Below are positions 9,575 to 21,210 of a stretch of 64,000 bases of DNA, one piece after another (position 1 is the stretch's first letter; the number at the start of each line of letters is the position of its first letter). Below the pieces are notes generated by a model. That model saw nothing but the letters and a program-made list of their open reading frames with translations, ran no database searches and was not told where the DNA came from. The stretch is taken from contig NZ_WAKW01000003.1 of assembly GCF_015523155.1 (NCBI RefSeq), forward strand, positions 3,695 through 67,694, in the 5' to 3' direction. A program made the position numbers and the translations under genes. This DNA is from Methanothermococcus sp. (GTDB lineage Archaea; AGJL01; Methanococci; Methanococcales; Methanococcaceae).

Positions 9575-10621
9575 ATGAAAGTTGGTATTGTAGGTTATGG
9601 AAGTTATATCCCTAAATACAGGATAAAAGTAGAGGAAATAGCAAAAGTTTGGGGAAAAAATCCAGAGTCCATAAAAAAAGGATTGATAGTCAATGAAAAA
9701 AGTGTCCCTTCACCAGATGAAGATACTGCAACAATAGCTGTTGAAGCAGCTAGATCTGCATTAAAAAGAGCAGGCATAAATCCTCAAGATATTGGAGCAG
9801 TATATGTAGGTAGTGAAAGTCATCCCTATGCTGTAAAACCAACATCATCAATAGTAGCAGAGGCAATTGGTGCCACGCCGGATTTAACAGCTGCGGATTT
9901 AGAATTCGCATGCAAGGCAGGAACCGCGGGAATCCAGATGTGCATGGGTCTTGTTAGTAGCGGGATTGTAAAATATGGTATGGCAATTGGTGCAGATACA
10001 GCTCAGGGGGCTCCAGGTGATGCACTGGAATATACCGCAGCAGCAGGTGGTGCAGCATATATAATTGGAAACGATAAGAATGAATTAATTGCAGAAATAA
10101 ATAGCACCTGTTCATTTACAACAGATACCCCTGATTTTTGGAGAAGAGAAGGAGAATCCTACCCAAGACATGGTGGGAGATTTACAGGGGAGCCTGCATT
10201 TTTTAGACATGTGTTAAGTGCGGCTAAGGGAATGATGGAAAAAATGGGAACTACTCCAAAGGACTACGATTATTGTGTATTCCACCAGCCAAATGGGAAA
10301 TTCTACATAAGGGCGGCAAAATCATTAGGATTTATAAATGAACAGTATAAATACGGACTTTTGACTCCCTATTTAGGGAATACATATTCAGGTGCTGTTC
10401 CACTGGGGCTTTCAAATGTTTTAGACCATGCAAAAGAGGGAGATAGGATTTTAGCAGTATCCTATGGAAGTGGTGCAGGTAGTGATGCCTTTGATATAAC
10501 TGTAACGGACAAAATCGAGGAAGTTAAAAATAACGCTCCAAAAACAGTAGATTTACTCAATAGGAAAAAATATGTAGATTATGCAGTTTATTTGAAATAT
10601 AGGGGCGGAATAAAGATATAA
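9575..10621 (+). CDS. Hydroxymethylglutaryl-CoA synthase
   Basis: [19 protein letters not shown] (catalytic Cys), [22 protein letters not shown]. Confidence 0.93.
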   Translation: MKVGIVGYGSYIPKYRIKVEEIAKVWGKNPESIKKGLIVNEKSVPSPDEDTATIAVEAARSALKRAGINPQDIGAVYVGSESHPYAVKPTSSIVAEAIGATPDLTAADLEFACKAGTAGIQMCMGLVSSGIVKYGMAIGADTAQGAPGDALEYTAAAGGAAYIIGNDKNELIAEINSTCSFTTDTPDFWRREGESYPRHGGRFTGEPAFFRHVLSAAKGMMEKMGTTPKDYDYCVFHQPNGKFYIRAAKSLGFINEQYKYGLLTPYLGNTYSGAVPLGLSNVLDHAKEGDRILAVSYGSGAGSDAFDITVTDKIEEVKNNAPKTVDLLNRKKYVDYAVYLKYRGGIKI

Positions 10622-10733
10622 ATGTGATAATAATAATGATTGAAAAAATAAAAAAGGATTTTAAAGACTTTAAGGATGAGGCATTTGGAATTTTATTATT
10701 CGGCTCTTATGTAAAAAATGAACATACAAAAAG

Positions 10734-10806
10734 AAGCGACATTGATATATGCTTGATTGGTATTGATAAAAGCGACATTGATATATGCTTGATTGGTATT
10801 GATAAA
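10734..10806 (+). repeat. Exact 36-bp in-frame tandem duplication
   Basis: AAGCGACATTGATATATGCTTGATTGGTATTGATAA occurs at 10734 and 10770; protein reads SDIDICLIGIDK twice. Confidence 0.95.
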
Positions 10807-11047
10807 GACGACTATTTAAAAATTTTAAAAAAACTTGGAGATAAATATGATATAAAAATCTTTGAAGAGCTCCCCCTTTATATAAAAATTGATATTATCA
10901 AAAACCACAAAGTTATTTGGGGAAATGAATTAGAAATTTCAGAGTATTTCTACAAATTCAGAAAAATTTGGAGGGATATGGAAAAAAGGATAAAAGAAAA
11001 CCAGTTTAAAAGTGTGAGGGAAAAATCTTCTTTGCGGAGGAGATTCA

Positions 11048-12632
<1,585 letters not shown>

Positions 12633-12978
12633 AATAAAAAAAATAAATTAAATAAAAATAAAAAAATCAAAAACCTAAAAAAGTGAAATTGTGGTTGTGG
12701 AAATTATTATATAATCTAATTTCTTCACTAAAAAATTGGTAAAATTCATAACATTCGCAATTTAACAAATATCAATAGAAATGAAAAGATTTAGAATTAA
12801 TTATATTTGATATATTATTATTGCATGTTTATGATTATCCTCCTATATACTAATTGGAGATTTGGCAATATATTTCTTAGCGCGTGATTTTATAATAATT
12901 ATTTAATGGTTATAGGGATTGATTATGCCAAATATAATGGAAAGTTAGAATTTAGTGATAATTTAATGAGGTGAAATA

Positions 12979-13152
12979 ATGTGTAATCTCAACCTATATA
13001 TAAATGACGAACTCTTAATGGAGGATATCATGATTGTTGAAAAAAAGGATGGTAAGATAATAGCAGTTGATTTATTTGGAGATGTAAAAGAGCTCGATGG
13101 AGAAATAATAAAAATCGACTTAATTGAAAATAAAATAGTAATAAAAAATTAA
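12979..13152 (+). CDS. cooT: CooT-family nickel-binding protein (57 aa, absent from ORF track)
   Basis: Hand translation MCNLNLYINDELLMEDIMIVEKKDGKIIAVDLFGDVKELDGEIIKIDLIENKIVIKN; N-terminal MC; GAGGTGA RBS upstream. Confidence 0.8.
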   Translation: MCNLNLYINDELLMEDIMIVEKKDGKIIAVDLFGDVKELDGEIIKIDLIENKIVIKN

Positions 13153-13164
13153 TGGTGATAATAT

Positions 13165-13560
13165 ATGGTGGTAAGAACTTGGAGGCACATTAATGAAAGA
13201 TATAACCTTATAGGAACAAGATGTAAAACTTGTGGGACAGTTTATTTTCCTTCAAGAAATGTATGTCCAAAATGTAGGAGAAGAGGAGAACTTGAACCAT
13301 ATAAACTCAGTGGAAAGGGAAAAATATATACCTATTCTATAATATACACGCCACCAAAGGATTTTGAAAAAATGGCACCTTATGTAATAGCTGTAATAGA
13401 ATTAGATGAAGGACCAAAACTAACTGCACAGGTTGATTGCGATATTAATGAGGTTTATATTGGCATGCCTGTGGAGGTGGCATTTAGAAGGATAAAAGAG
13501 GATGGTAAAGATGGAGTTATTAGTTATGGATATAAATTTAAACCTATTGAAGAATTATAA
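13165..13560 (+). CDS. DUF35 Zn-ribbon/OB-fold scaffold of the thiolase/HMGCS complex
   Basis: CKTCG..YFP.R.VCPKC Zn ribbon, GKIYTYS, LDEGPKLTAQ; clustered with thiolase and HMGS. Confidence 0.88.
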   Translation: MVVRTWRHINERYNLIGTRCKTCGTVYFPSRNVCPKCRRRGELEPYKLSGKGKIYTYSIIYTPPKDFEKMAPYVIAVIELDEGPKLTAQVDCDINEVYIGMPVEVAFRRIKEDGKDGVISYGYKFKPIEEL

Positions 13561-13642
13561 TTAAGTATTATATCCTATTTATTATTATTTAAATTATTTT
13601 TTATTCTTATTATTTTATTATTTTTATTTAAAGGTGTATATG

Positions 13643-14023
13643 ATGCATGAATTATCCTATGCAACATCTATATTGAATACAATTTTAGATACAATAAACA
13701 GTCAAGATTTGAAAGGTAAAAATATTAAAAAAATTTCCAAAATAAATTTAGAAATTGGAGAATTGATATTTATAAACTTTGAACAGTTAAAATTCGCATT
13801 TGAAGTAATCTCAGAATCCACAGTATGTGAAGGTGCAGAGTTGGTGGCAGAATTCATAAAACCGCACATTGTATGTAAAAACTGCGGATATGAGGGCGAG
13901 TTGGAGCCAAAAGATGAATTCGATGTTTCATGTCCAAAATGTGGTAGTTTATCTTTGAAAATAAAGGGTGGAAAAGAATTCAATATAAAAAACATAATAG
14001 CTGAATTTGACGATGAAAAATAA
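13643..14023 (+). CDS. hypA: Hydrogenase maturation nickel metallochaperone HypA
   Basis: MHELSYA start, CKNCG...CPKCGS, GGKEFNI. Confidence 0.92.
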   Translation: MHELSYATSILNTILDTINSQDLKGKNIKKISKINLEIGELIFINFEQLKFAFEVISESTVCEGAELVAEFIKPHIVCKNCGYEGELEPKDEFDVSCPKCGSLSLKIKGGKEFNIKNIIAEFDDEK

Positions 14024-14025
14024 TA

Positions 14026-15309
14026 TTATATTTTTATTTTATCGCATAATTTTGGAACAAATGTATTAAATCCTTCTCCAATTGCCCATTCTTTAAATGT
14101 ATTTATTGGTTCTTCTTCTCCATGCTGTATTATTAGATTCTCAGGATTTGCCTTTTTTACGACTGTTCTTAATTCATCCATTCCAGCATGTGCTGAGAAT
14201 TCATAGAAAGATATTTCAAATTTTGGTTTTATCACCATCTCTCCAATTGGAAATTTTCCAGTTTCAAGAAGTATTCTTCCAGCAGTATTTTTCACCTGAT
14301 AACCTGTGAATATCAAGGAGCTCTTAGGGTCATTCCAGAAGTTGCTTATATATTTTATCACAGGTCCCCCATTAAGCATTCCAGCAGTGCTAACTACTAC
14401 ACCACCATTTTCCTTTAAATCTCTCATCACATAGTGCCTCTCATCGCTTTCTACTGTGTATGTGTTTAAAAATACTCTTTTAAGCTTTTTATGATTTCTG
14501 ATATATTTGGGGTGTTGCCTTAGCATAATCTCTGTTATTTTTATTCCCATTCCATCAAGGTATATGGGATTATCCAAATTTAAATCGCTTAGCATTAAAA
14601 TTGCCTCCTGGCTCCTATCGACTGCAAAGGCAGGAATTATTGCAGTGCCTCTCCTTTCCACAGTTTCTTTTACCTTATTTAAAAATTCCTTTTCAAGCTG
14701 TTTTCTATCCGGATGATTTTTATCTCCATAGGTTGATTCAATAATCAGAACATCTATATCATTATCGCAAAAACTTAAATCTGCCCCCTTAGTGAGCCTT
14801 GTTTTTGAAAGCTTAATATCGCCAGTATATAGAACCTTCCTGTTATTGGCATAATTTAAATAGATTGAAGCACTTCCTGGGATATGTCCAGCATCAAAAA
14901 ATGTATATTCAAAATCCCTCATGAAATATGTTTTTCCATATTCTACATTTTTATGATGGTGAAGTATTCTGTTTATATCTCCCTTATTAAATGGAAGCTC
15001 CCTATGTTCCTCCATGCCTATTTTTAATGAATCTTTTAGGAGCTCCTTTGTCAGTGCCCTAGTCATTGAAGTTGAATATATTGGACAGTGCAAATGCAGA
15101 TGAGATAGTATAGGTAAAGAACCTGTATGGTCAAGATGGGCATGGGATATAAAAACAGCATCAGGATATATCTTATTTAATATTGGATATTCTGGGTTAT
15201 TCTCAGACAATTTTACTCCACAGTCAAGGAGTATATTGCTGTTATCACTTCTAACTTCTATACAACTTCTTCCTACTTCCATTGCTCCTCCCCTAAACAC
15301 AATATCCAT
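14026..15309 (-). CDS. MBL-fold beta-CASP ribonuclease
   Basis: EVGRSC, SHAHLDHTG, AGHIPGS, ESTYG, AFAVDRSQE, FSAHAG. Confidence 0.88.
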   Translation of the reverse strand: MDIVFRGGAMEVGRSCIEVRSDNSNILLDCGVKLSENNPEYPILNKIYPDAVFISHAHLDHTGSLPILSHLHLHCPIYSTSMTRALTKELLKDSLKIGMEEHRELPFNKGDINRILHHHKNVEYGKTYFMRDFEYTFFDAGHIPGSASIYLNYANNRKVLYTGDIKLSKTRLTKGADLSFCDNDIDVLIIESTYGDKNHPDRKQLEKEFLNKVKETVERRGTAIIPAFAVDRSQEAILMLSDLNLDNPIYLDGMGIKITEIMLRQHPKYIRNHKKLKRVFLNTYTVESDERHYVMRDLKENGGVVVSTAGMLNGGPVIKYISNFWNDPKSSLIFTGYQVKNTAGRILLETGKFPIGEMVIKPKFEISFYEFSAHAGMDELRTVVKKANPENLIIQHGEEEPINTFKEWAIGEGFNTFVPKLCDKIKI

Positions 15310-15485
15310 AAAATCCCTCTTTTTTATTTTTTAACCTATTAGCATATATCTATCTATATTTATTATTATATATTGTGGTTATCATATAATTACATAGCGG
15401 TTTAAAACTACATTGTGTTATATTTATATATCATTTAATATCAAAAAATGGTATTTATGAAAATTTTAAACGAGAAAGTGAAATC

Positions 15486-17807
15486 ATGACTGATTTGATA
15501 ATCTGTGAGAAACCAAATGTTGCAAAAAAAATAGCAAATACACTTGGAAAAGCTAAAAAAAAATCATTAAATAAGGTTCCATACTATGAATTGGAAAGGA
15601 ATGGAAAAAAAATAATCGTTGCATCTGCTGTTGGACACTTATTTACATTGGAAGAGGTAAAAACCGATAAAAAGAAAAAATTTGGAGAATATCCTGTTTT
15701 TGACATAAGATGGGTTCCTGCTTCAACTATAAAGGGGAAGGAATATGTTCAAAAATACATAAACACGCTGAAAAAACTTGCAAAAGAAGCTGATGAGTTT
15801 TACATAGCATCAGACTGGGATATTGAAGGGGAATTGATAGGGTATCATGCGTTATACTACTGTTGCGGAAAAAAAGATGCAAAAAGAATGAGATTTTCTA
15901 GTTTAACTAAAAATGAAATTGTTAAAGCATACGAGAATCCTGATAAAATAGATTTTGGGCTTGTTGATGCAGGGGATAGTAGGCATAAGGTAGATTGGTA
16001 TTATGGTATAAATGTTTCAAGAGCTTTGATGCAGTCCATAAGGGCAGTCAATAGATGGCAGACTATGAGCACAGGTAGGGTTCAAGGTCCTGCACTATCA
16101 TTTTTAGTTGATAAGGAGCTGGAAATAAGAAAGTTTGTTCCAACACCCTACTGGGTAATCGGAGCTCACTTAAAGGATGAACTCACGGCTATTCATGAAA
16201 AGGATAAATTTTGGGATGAAAAGGAAGCTAATGAAATTTACAACAAAATAAAGGATGAAAAAGAGACAGTAGTTTCAAGTGTCAAAAAAACTAAGAAAAA
16301 GATAAAACCAAATCCACCATTTGATTTGGGGACATTGCAAAGGGAGGCACATAGGGCATTTAAATTTTCACCAAAAAAGACGCAGGAAATAGCTCAGAAG
16401 CTTTATGAGCAAGGAATATGCTCTTACCCTAGAACATCCTCTCAAAAGCTTCCAAAGGATGAAAATTACATAAAGGATATTTTAACCAAAATTTCAAAAC
16501 ATAGCGATTATAAAAAATATGCCGAGCTCATTTTAAATGAAAATAGAAAACCAATAGAAGGTAAAAAAAGCGACCCTGCACACCCTGCAATACACTTTGT
16601 AGATATTCCAAAAGAACCACTGGCTGATGACGAGAAAAAATTATACGATTTAATTGTAAGAAGAACGTTGGCAGCCTTTTGGGGTGATGCAGAAAGGGAA
16701 TATGTCAATGTAGTATTGAACATTGGTGGAGAAAACTTTAAACTCAGCGGTTCAAGAACTGTAAAAGAGGGGTGGCACGAGATATATTACTTCACAAAGT
16801 TTGATGAAAAAGAGCTCCCAAGTTTGAGAAAAAACGATAAAATACCTGTTGAAAAAATAACCATTGAAAGAAAGGAAACAAAACCACCCAAAAGATATAC
16901 AATGGCATCTATTATAAAAGAACTCGAATCAAGGGAGTTAGGGACAAAAGCTACTCGTGCTGATATTGTAGAAAAACTCGTAAAAAGAGGATATTTAATT
17001 GATGACGGCTCTTTAAAAGTGACTGATTTGGGGATAGCAGTAATTGAAACCCTTAAAAAATACTGTCCTGAAATAATTGATGAACAGATGACAAGAGAGC
17101 TGGAAAAGAAACTGGATAGATTACAGAAAGGAACCATAAAAAAGGAAACCGTTTTAAAAGATGCTGAAAATAAGTTAAGGGCGATACTTGAAGAGGTTAA
17201 AAAGAAGGAAAAAGAAATAGGAAAGGAACTGGTGGAAAAGATAGATACAACAAACAAATCTTTAAAAACTGTTGGTAAGTGCGAATGTGGCGGAGATTTA
17301 ATAATAATCAGGGCAAAAGGTAAAAAAAGGTTTATAGGATGCACAAACTATCCAGAATGCACAAAAACTTATCCATTACCTCAGAAAGGAAGGATAAAGG
17401 TTTTAAATGAGACCTGTGAAGTTTGCGGAGCTCCGGTGATAAGCATAGATAATCAGAAAGTCTGCATAAATCCAGAGTGTTCGTCAAAAATATCCAGTGA
17501 AGAACAAAAAGAAATAGAAAAAGCTGAAAAAGCTGAAAAAACCTGCCCAAAATGTGGTGGAAAGCTAGTAATTAAAAAAGGAATTTACGGCGTATTTTTA
17601 GGCTGTGAAAATTATCCAAAGTGTAGATATACGGAAAAGCTGAACGGTAAAAATAAAACTGAATCTGAAAAGGTAATAGTAGGTAAATGTCCCGACTGTG
17701 GCGGAGATTTAATAATAAGGAAGGGAAGATTTGGGGAATTCATAGGATGTTCAAACTATCCAAAGTGTAAATATACGGAAAAATTAAAAAAGAAAAATAA
17801 AAAATAA
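15486..17807 (+). CDS. topA: DNA topoisomerase I (type IA) with C-terminal Zn ribbons
   Basis: ICEKPNVA, DWDIEGE, STGRVQ, SYPRT (catalytic Tyr), HPAIH, LGTKATR. Confidence 0.95.
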   Translation: MTDLIICEKPNVAKKIANTLGKAKKKSLNKVPYYELERNGKKIIVASAVGHLFTLEEVKTDKKKKFGEYPVFDIRWVPASTIKGKEYVQKYINTLKKLAKEADEFYIASDWDIEGELIGYHALYYCCGKKDAKRMRFSSLTKNEIVKAYENPDKIDFGLVDAGDSRHKVDWYYGINVSRALMQSIRAVNRWQTMSTGRVQGPALSFLVDKELEIRKFVPTPYWVIGAHLKDELTAIHEKDKFWDEKEANEIYNKIKDEKETVVSSVKKTKKKIKPNPPFDLGTLQREAHRAFKFSPKKTQEIAQKLYEQGICSYPRTSSQKLPKDENYIKDILTKISKHSDYKKYAELILNENRKPIEGKKSDPAHPAIHFVDIPKEPLADDEKKLYDLIVRRTLAAFWGDAEREYVNVVLNIGGENFKLSGSRTVKEGWHEIYYFTKFDEKELPSLRKNDKIPVEKITIERKETKPPKRYTMASIIKELESRELGTKATRADIVEKLVKRGYLIDDGSLKVTDLGIAVIETLKKYCPEIIDEQMTRELEKKLDRLQKGTIKKETVLKDAENKLRAILEEVKKKEKEIGKELVEKIDTTNKSLKTVGKCECGGDLIIIRAKGKKRFIGCTNYPECTKTYPLPQKGRIKVLNETCEVCGAPVISIDNQKVCINPECSSKISSEEQKEIEKAEKAEKTCPKCGGKLVIKKGIYGVFLGCENYPKCRYTEKLNGKNKTESEKVIVGKCPDCGGDLIIRKGRFGEFIGCSNYPKCKYTEKLKKKNKK

Positions 17808-17843
17808 TTAAAAAATAAGAAGGTTTTTTCTTGAAAATTTAAC

Positions 17844-17905
17844 TTTCGCTTACTTCGTAAGCGAAATGAAGGATTTATAACAAGGGGCTTCCTGTGCTAT
17901 AAGTT
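17844..17905. repeat. Truncated copy D of the hairpin-array element
   Basis: CGCTTACTTCGTAAGCGAAATGAAGGATTT and degenerate terminus AAGGGGCTTCCTGTGCTATAAGTT match copy B. Confidence 0.7.
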
Positions 17906-17952
17906 AAATTTAAATTTTGAATATCATAATATATATGCTTATGCAATATTTC

Positions 17953-18732
17953 TTAGGATTCTTTATTATTGATTATTTTATTGAATAATTTTTCAAGTTC
18001 TTTCCCAACATTTGAATTCAAATCAATGGGTTTTCCTATTAAATCTGATGAAGAAACTTCGTTACTATATGGTATATATGCCAATATGGGAATACCTACC
18101 TCCTCTTCAAATATTTTGCCAAATGTCTCTTTTTCCATATTATCTTTTATTTTATTAACAACGGCATATATATTGGATATATTGATATCATATGCAAGTT
18201 TTTTTATTCTTTTTGCAGTTAGCATAGATTTTTTAGAGGGTTCTACTACAACAATCATTAAATCAACATTTTCGGTGGTTTTTCTTCCTAAATGTTCTAT
18301 ACCTGCTTCCATATCCATAATAACTACTTCATTTCTTTTTAATATTAAATGTCTCAAAAGTCGCCTAAGTAAAACTGAAGCGGGACATACACATCCTCCT
18401 CCTCCTTGTTCAATGGTGCCCATTACAAGTAAATATATGTTTCCCTTTCCAGCTCGGTATGAATACTTTTCAACAATATCATCCACTTTTGGATTAATTT
18501 TAAAAACACTTCCATACTCCCCTACCTTTGCACCAGTTCGTTCCTCTATAAGCTCACCCATTTTTGACAATGGTGTTATTTCCTCATCAATCCCTAATGC
18601 ACATGCAAGATTCATATCCGGGTCTGCATCAACAGCTATAACCTTATATCCATTTTTTTCAAATAGTCGTGCCAGTGTAGATGATATAAATGTTTTTCCT
18701 ACTCCACCTTTTCCAGTGATTGCTATTTTCAT
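17953..18732 (-). CDS. cooC: CooC-family nickel-insertion ATPase
   Basis: GKGGVGKT, DADPDMNL, GGGCVCPA, DMEAGIEHLGR. Confidence 0.9.
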   Translation of the reverse strand: MKIAITGKGGVGKTFISSTLARLFEKNGYKVIAVDADPDMNLACALGIDEEITPLSKMGELIEERTGAKVGEYGSVFKINPKVDDIVEKYSYRAGKGNIYLLVMGTIEQGGGGCVCPASVLLRRLLRHLILKRNEVVIMDMEAGIEHLGRKTTENVDLMIVVVEPSKKSMLTAKRIKKLAYDINISNIYAVVNKIKDNMEKETFGKIFEEEVGIPILAYIPYSNEVSSSDLIGKPIDLNSNVGKELEKLFNKIINNKES

Positions 18733-18878
18733 AATTTCACTATATCTTTTAATTAATTTTAAATATATTTAATAATATATTTAGTTATATATAAATCATA
18801 AATAAATGTATCCATCTGAAATTTAATAATTTTTATTTTGGATATATCCATATAATACTAATATAAAAAGTGATATTT

Positions 18879-20198
18879 ATGTTTAATTTAAATATAGTTG
18901 GAATGCTTCCAAAAAATATGGAAAATAGAGGTATGTTGGTATTAAAGGATAATTTAAAAGAGATTGAAGAAATCCTAAACCATAGAAGCATACCCAAAAA
19001 TGGATTGGATGATGAAAAAATAAAATTATTTTTAAAATTACTTTCCCTTATGGATACGGATAAAGACCCTAAATCTATAAGAATAGGAGAGAGGGAAGGG
19101 AGATTATCATCAAAAATTCAGGAAGAATTGGTTTCTGGCTTTTGTCATGGTGTTGGGAGAAGTGGAAATTTAACAGACCCTCAGCCAAAAGCCCCAGGAG
19201 CAAGTGTAATGTATGGATTAACAAACAGTATTTTAAAAAGTTTTTTGAAAAATTTGGGTTTAAATGTTCATTCAATAGCTACACCAGTAGCAACTGGAAT
19301 GTCAATAGCACTGTGTTTAAGTGCGTCAAGGAAAAAATACAATTCAAATGTGGTTGTATATCCTTATGCAGCACATAAAAGTCCAATAAAGGCTGTATCT
19401 TTTGCAGGACTCAGAATGCGACTAGTTGAAACTAAATTATATGAAGATGCTGTAAAGGTTGATGTTGAAGATATAGAAGATGCCATAAAAAATGAAATAA
19501 AATCCAACAACAACCCATGTGTTTTAAGCACCCTTACATTTTTTCCACCAAGGGAGGGGGACGATATCGAAGAAATAGCAAAAATTTGTGATGAATATAA
19601 TATTCCACACATAATAAATGGGGCATACGCCATTCAAAATAAATTTTACATCAATAAATTAAAGAAGGCATTTAAATATAGGGTGGATGCAGTGGTGAGC
19701 TCATCCGATAAAAATTTGCTGACCCCAATAGGTGGTGGGATAATATATTCAAAGGATAAAGAATTTTTAAATGAAGTTTCCCTTAGCTATCCAGGTAGGG
19801 CTTGTGCAACTCCGATTGTAAATATATTGGTTTCAATGTTGTCATTGGGGTTAAATAAATATTTGGAGCTTATGAAACAGCAAAAAGAAAGCAGAAAACT
19901 TTTGAATAATCTTTTAATGGAATTAGCAGAAGAGACAAATAATAAAGTTTTAAATATTAAAAACCCAATATCCTTATGTATTACCGTAGGTTTAGACCCT
20001 GTGGAAATTGCAGGTAAATTATACAATCTAAGAATTACTGGTCCAAGGGGAGTAAGGTCCTCAGATAAATTTGGTAATTGTTATTTGGGTAATTATCCCC
20101 ATAATTATGTTGTTATGAACGCAGCAATTGGGGTTAAAAATGAAGATGTTATTGTTGCAGTTGAAAAATTAAGAAATATATTATTAAATATTAAATAA
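18879..20198 (+). CDS. spcS: O-phosphoseryl-tRNA(Sec) selenium transferase (SepSecS)
   Basis: GEREGR, HGVGRSGNL.DPQPKA.GAS, HKSP, SSSDKNLLTPIGG (PLP Lys), GRA. Confidence 0.95.
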   Translation: MFNLNIVGMLPKNMENRGMLVLKDNLKEIEEILNHRSIPKNGLDDEKIKLFLKLLSLMDTDKDPKSIRIGEREGRLSSKIQEELVSGFCHGVGRSGNLTDPQPKAPGASVMYGLTNSILKSFLKNLGLNVHSIATPVATGMSIALCLSASRKKYNSNVVVYPYAAHKSPIKAVSFAGLRMRLVETKLYEDAVKVDVEDIEDAIKNEIKSNNNPCVLSTLTFFPPREGDDIEEIAKICDEYNIPHIINGAYAIQNKFYINKLKKAFKYRVDAVVSSSDKNLLTPIGGGIIYSKDKEFLNEVSLSYPGRACATPIVNILVSMLSLGLNKYLELMKQQKESRKLLNNLLMELAEETNNKVLNIKNPISLCITVGLDPVEIAGKLYNLRITGPRGVRSSDKFGNCYLGNYPHNYVVMNAAIGVKNEDVIVAVEKLRNILLNIK

Positions 20199-20212
20199 TA
20201 TTAGGTGAAAAG

Positions 20213-20995
20213 ATGGCAATAACTATTGCAATAGCTTCTGGTAAGGGTGGTACAGGTAAAACCACCGTTTCAGCCAATTTATCAGTGGCACTTTCAAAAT
20301 TTGGAAAGGATGTTATTGTGCTTGATGCAGATATAGCTATGGCAAATTTGGAACTTGTAATGGGTTTGGATGGGAAGCCAATAACCTTAAATGATGTTCT
20401 TGCTGGTAATGCAAATATAGAACAGGCCATTTATGAAGGACCTGCTGGTGTAAAGGTAGTCCCTGCTGGTGTATCATTAGATAGTTTTAAAAAGGCTAAA
20501 CCCGAGAAATTATTGGATGTATTAACAAAGTTGCATGAAATTGGAGATATTATAATAATAGATTGCCCAGCAGGTATTGGAAAGGAGGCATTAACTGCAA
20601 TATCAACTGCTGAACATTTAATATTAATAGTAAATCCTGAAATATCATCCATTTCTGACGCTTTAAAGGTTGTGGCTATTGCAAGAAGATTTGAAACTAA
20701 TATATTGGGAACAATAATTAATAGAACCACCATGGAGGATTCTGAATTGAGTGCCAAAGCTATTGAAACAATATTGGAAGTTCCCGTAATTGGAATAATT
20801 CCCGAAGATCCGAACATAAGAAGATGTGCGGCATTTGGAGAACCCATTGTATTAAAATATCCAGATTCTCCTGCTTCACAGGCTATAATGCAAATTGCGG
20901 CAAAATTAACTGGGAAGAAATATATTCCTAAACAAACTGAGGAAAAATCATTTATTAAAAAGTTTATTAAGGGGTTATTCGGAGGGAGAAAATGA
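20213..20995 (+). CDS. minD: MinD-family ATPase
   Basis: ASGKGGTGKTT, DADIAMANL, DCPAG, PEISSISDA. Confidence 0.9.
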   Translation: MAITIAIASGKGGTGKTTVSANLSVALSKFGKDVIVLDADIAMANLELVMGLDGKPITLNDVLAGNANIEQAIYEGPAGVKVVPAGVSLDSFKKAKPEKLLDVLTKLHEIGDIIIIDCPAGIGKEALTAISTAEHLILIVNPEISSISDALKVVAIARRFETNILGTIINRTTMEDSELSAKAIETILEVPVIGIIPEDPNIRRCAAFGEPIVLKYPDSPASQAIMQIAAKLTGKKYIPKQTEEKSFIKKFIKGLFGGRK

Positions 20996-21171
20996 TAGAT
21001 ATAACCGTAGTTCTTATAATGGCGATTATTAGCCTATTAATAAATATTGTATTGTTTATCAAACTTGTGCAGTTGAAAAAAGAATTGGACAATGTTAAGC
21101 ATTCCACTAGACTTACCCGTGAGGAGGTGGAAAAACTAAACGAGAGATTAAAGAGGATTAAAAGTTTATAA
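20992..21171 (+). CDS. Small single-TM coiled-coil protein (59 aa, absent from ORF track)
   Basis: ATGA overlap with minD stop; MIDITVVLIMAIISLLINIVLFIKLVQLKKELDNVKHSTRLTREEVEKLNERLKRIKSL. Confidence 0.7.
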   Translation: MIDITVVLIMAIISLLINIVLFIKLVQLKKELDNVKHSTRLTREEVEKLNERLKRIKSL

Positions 21172-21210
21172 TTTTTTATTATTTTAAATAAAAATTTTTT
21201 GGTGGATACT

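Noticed and set aside
12660-12970. Short broken hydrophobic reading frames between thiolase and cooT
   Set aside because: No continuous ORF or identifiable homology
17969-18772. 267-aa plus-strand ORF
   Set aside because: Antisense shadow of cooC with no motifs; the same applies to the many other antisense ORFs over mcr, mtr, ftsZ, pheS and por
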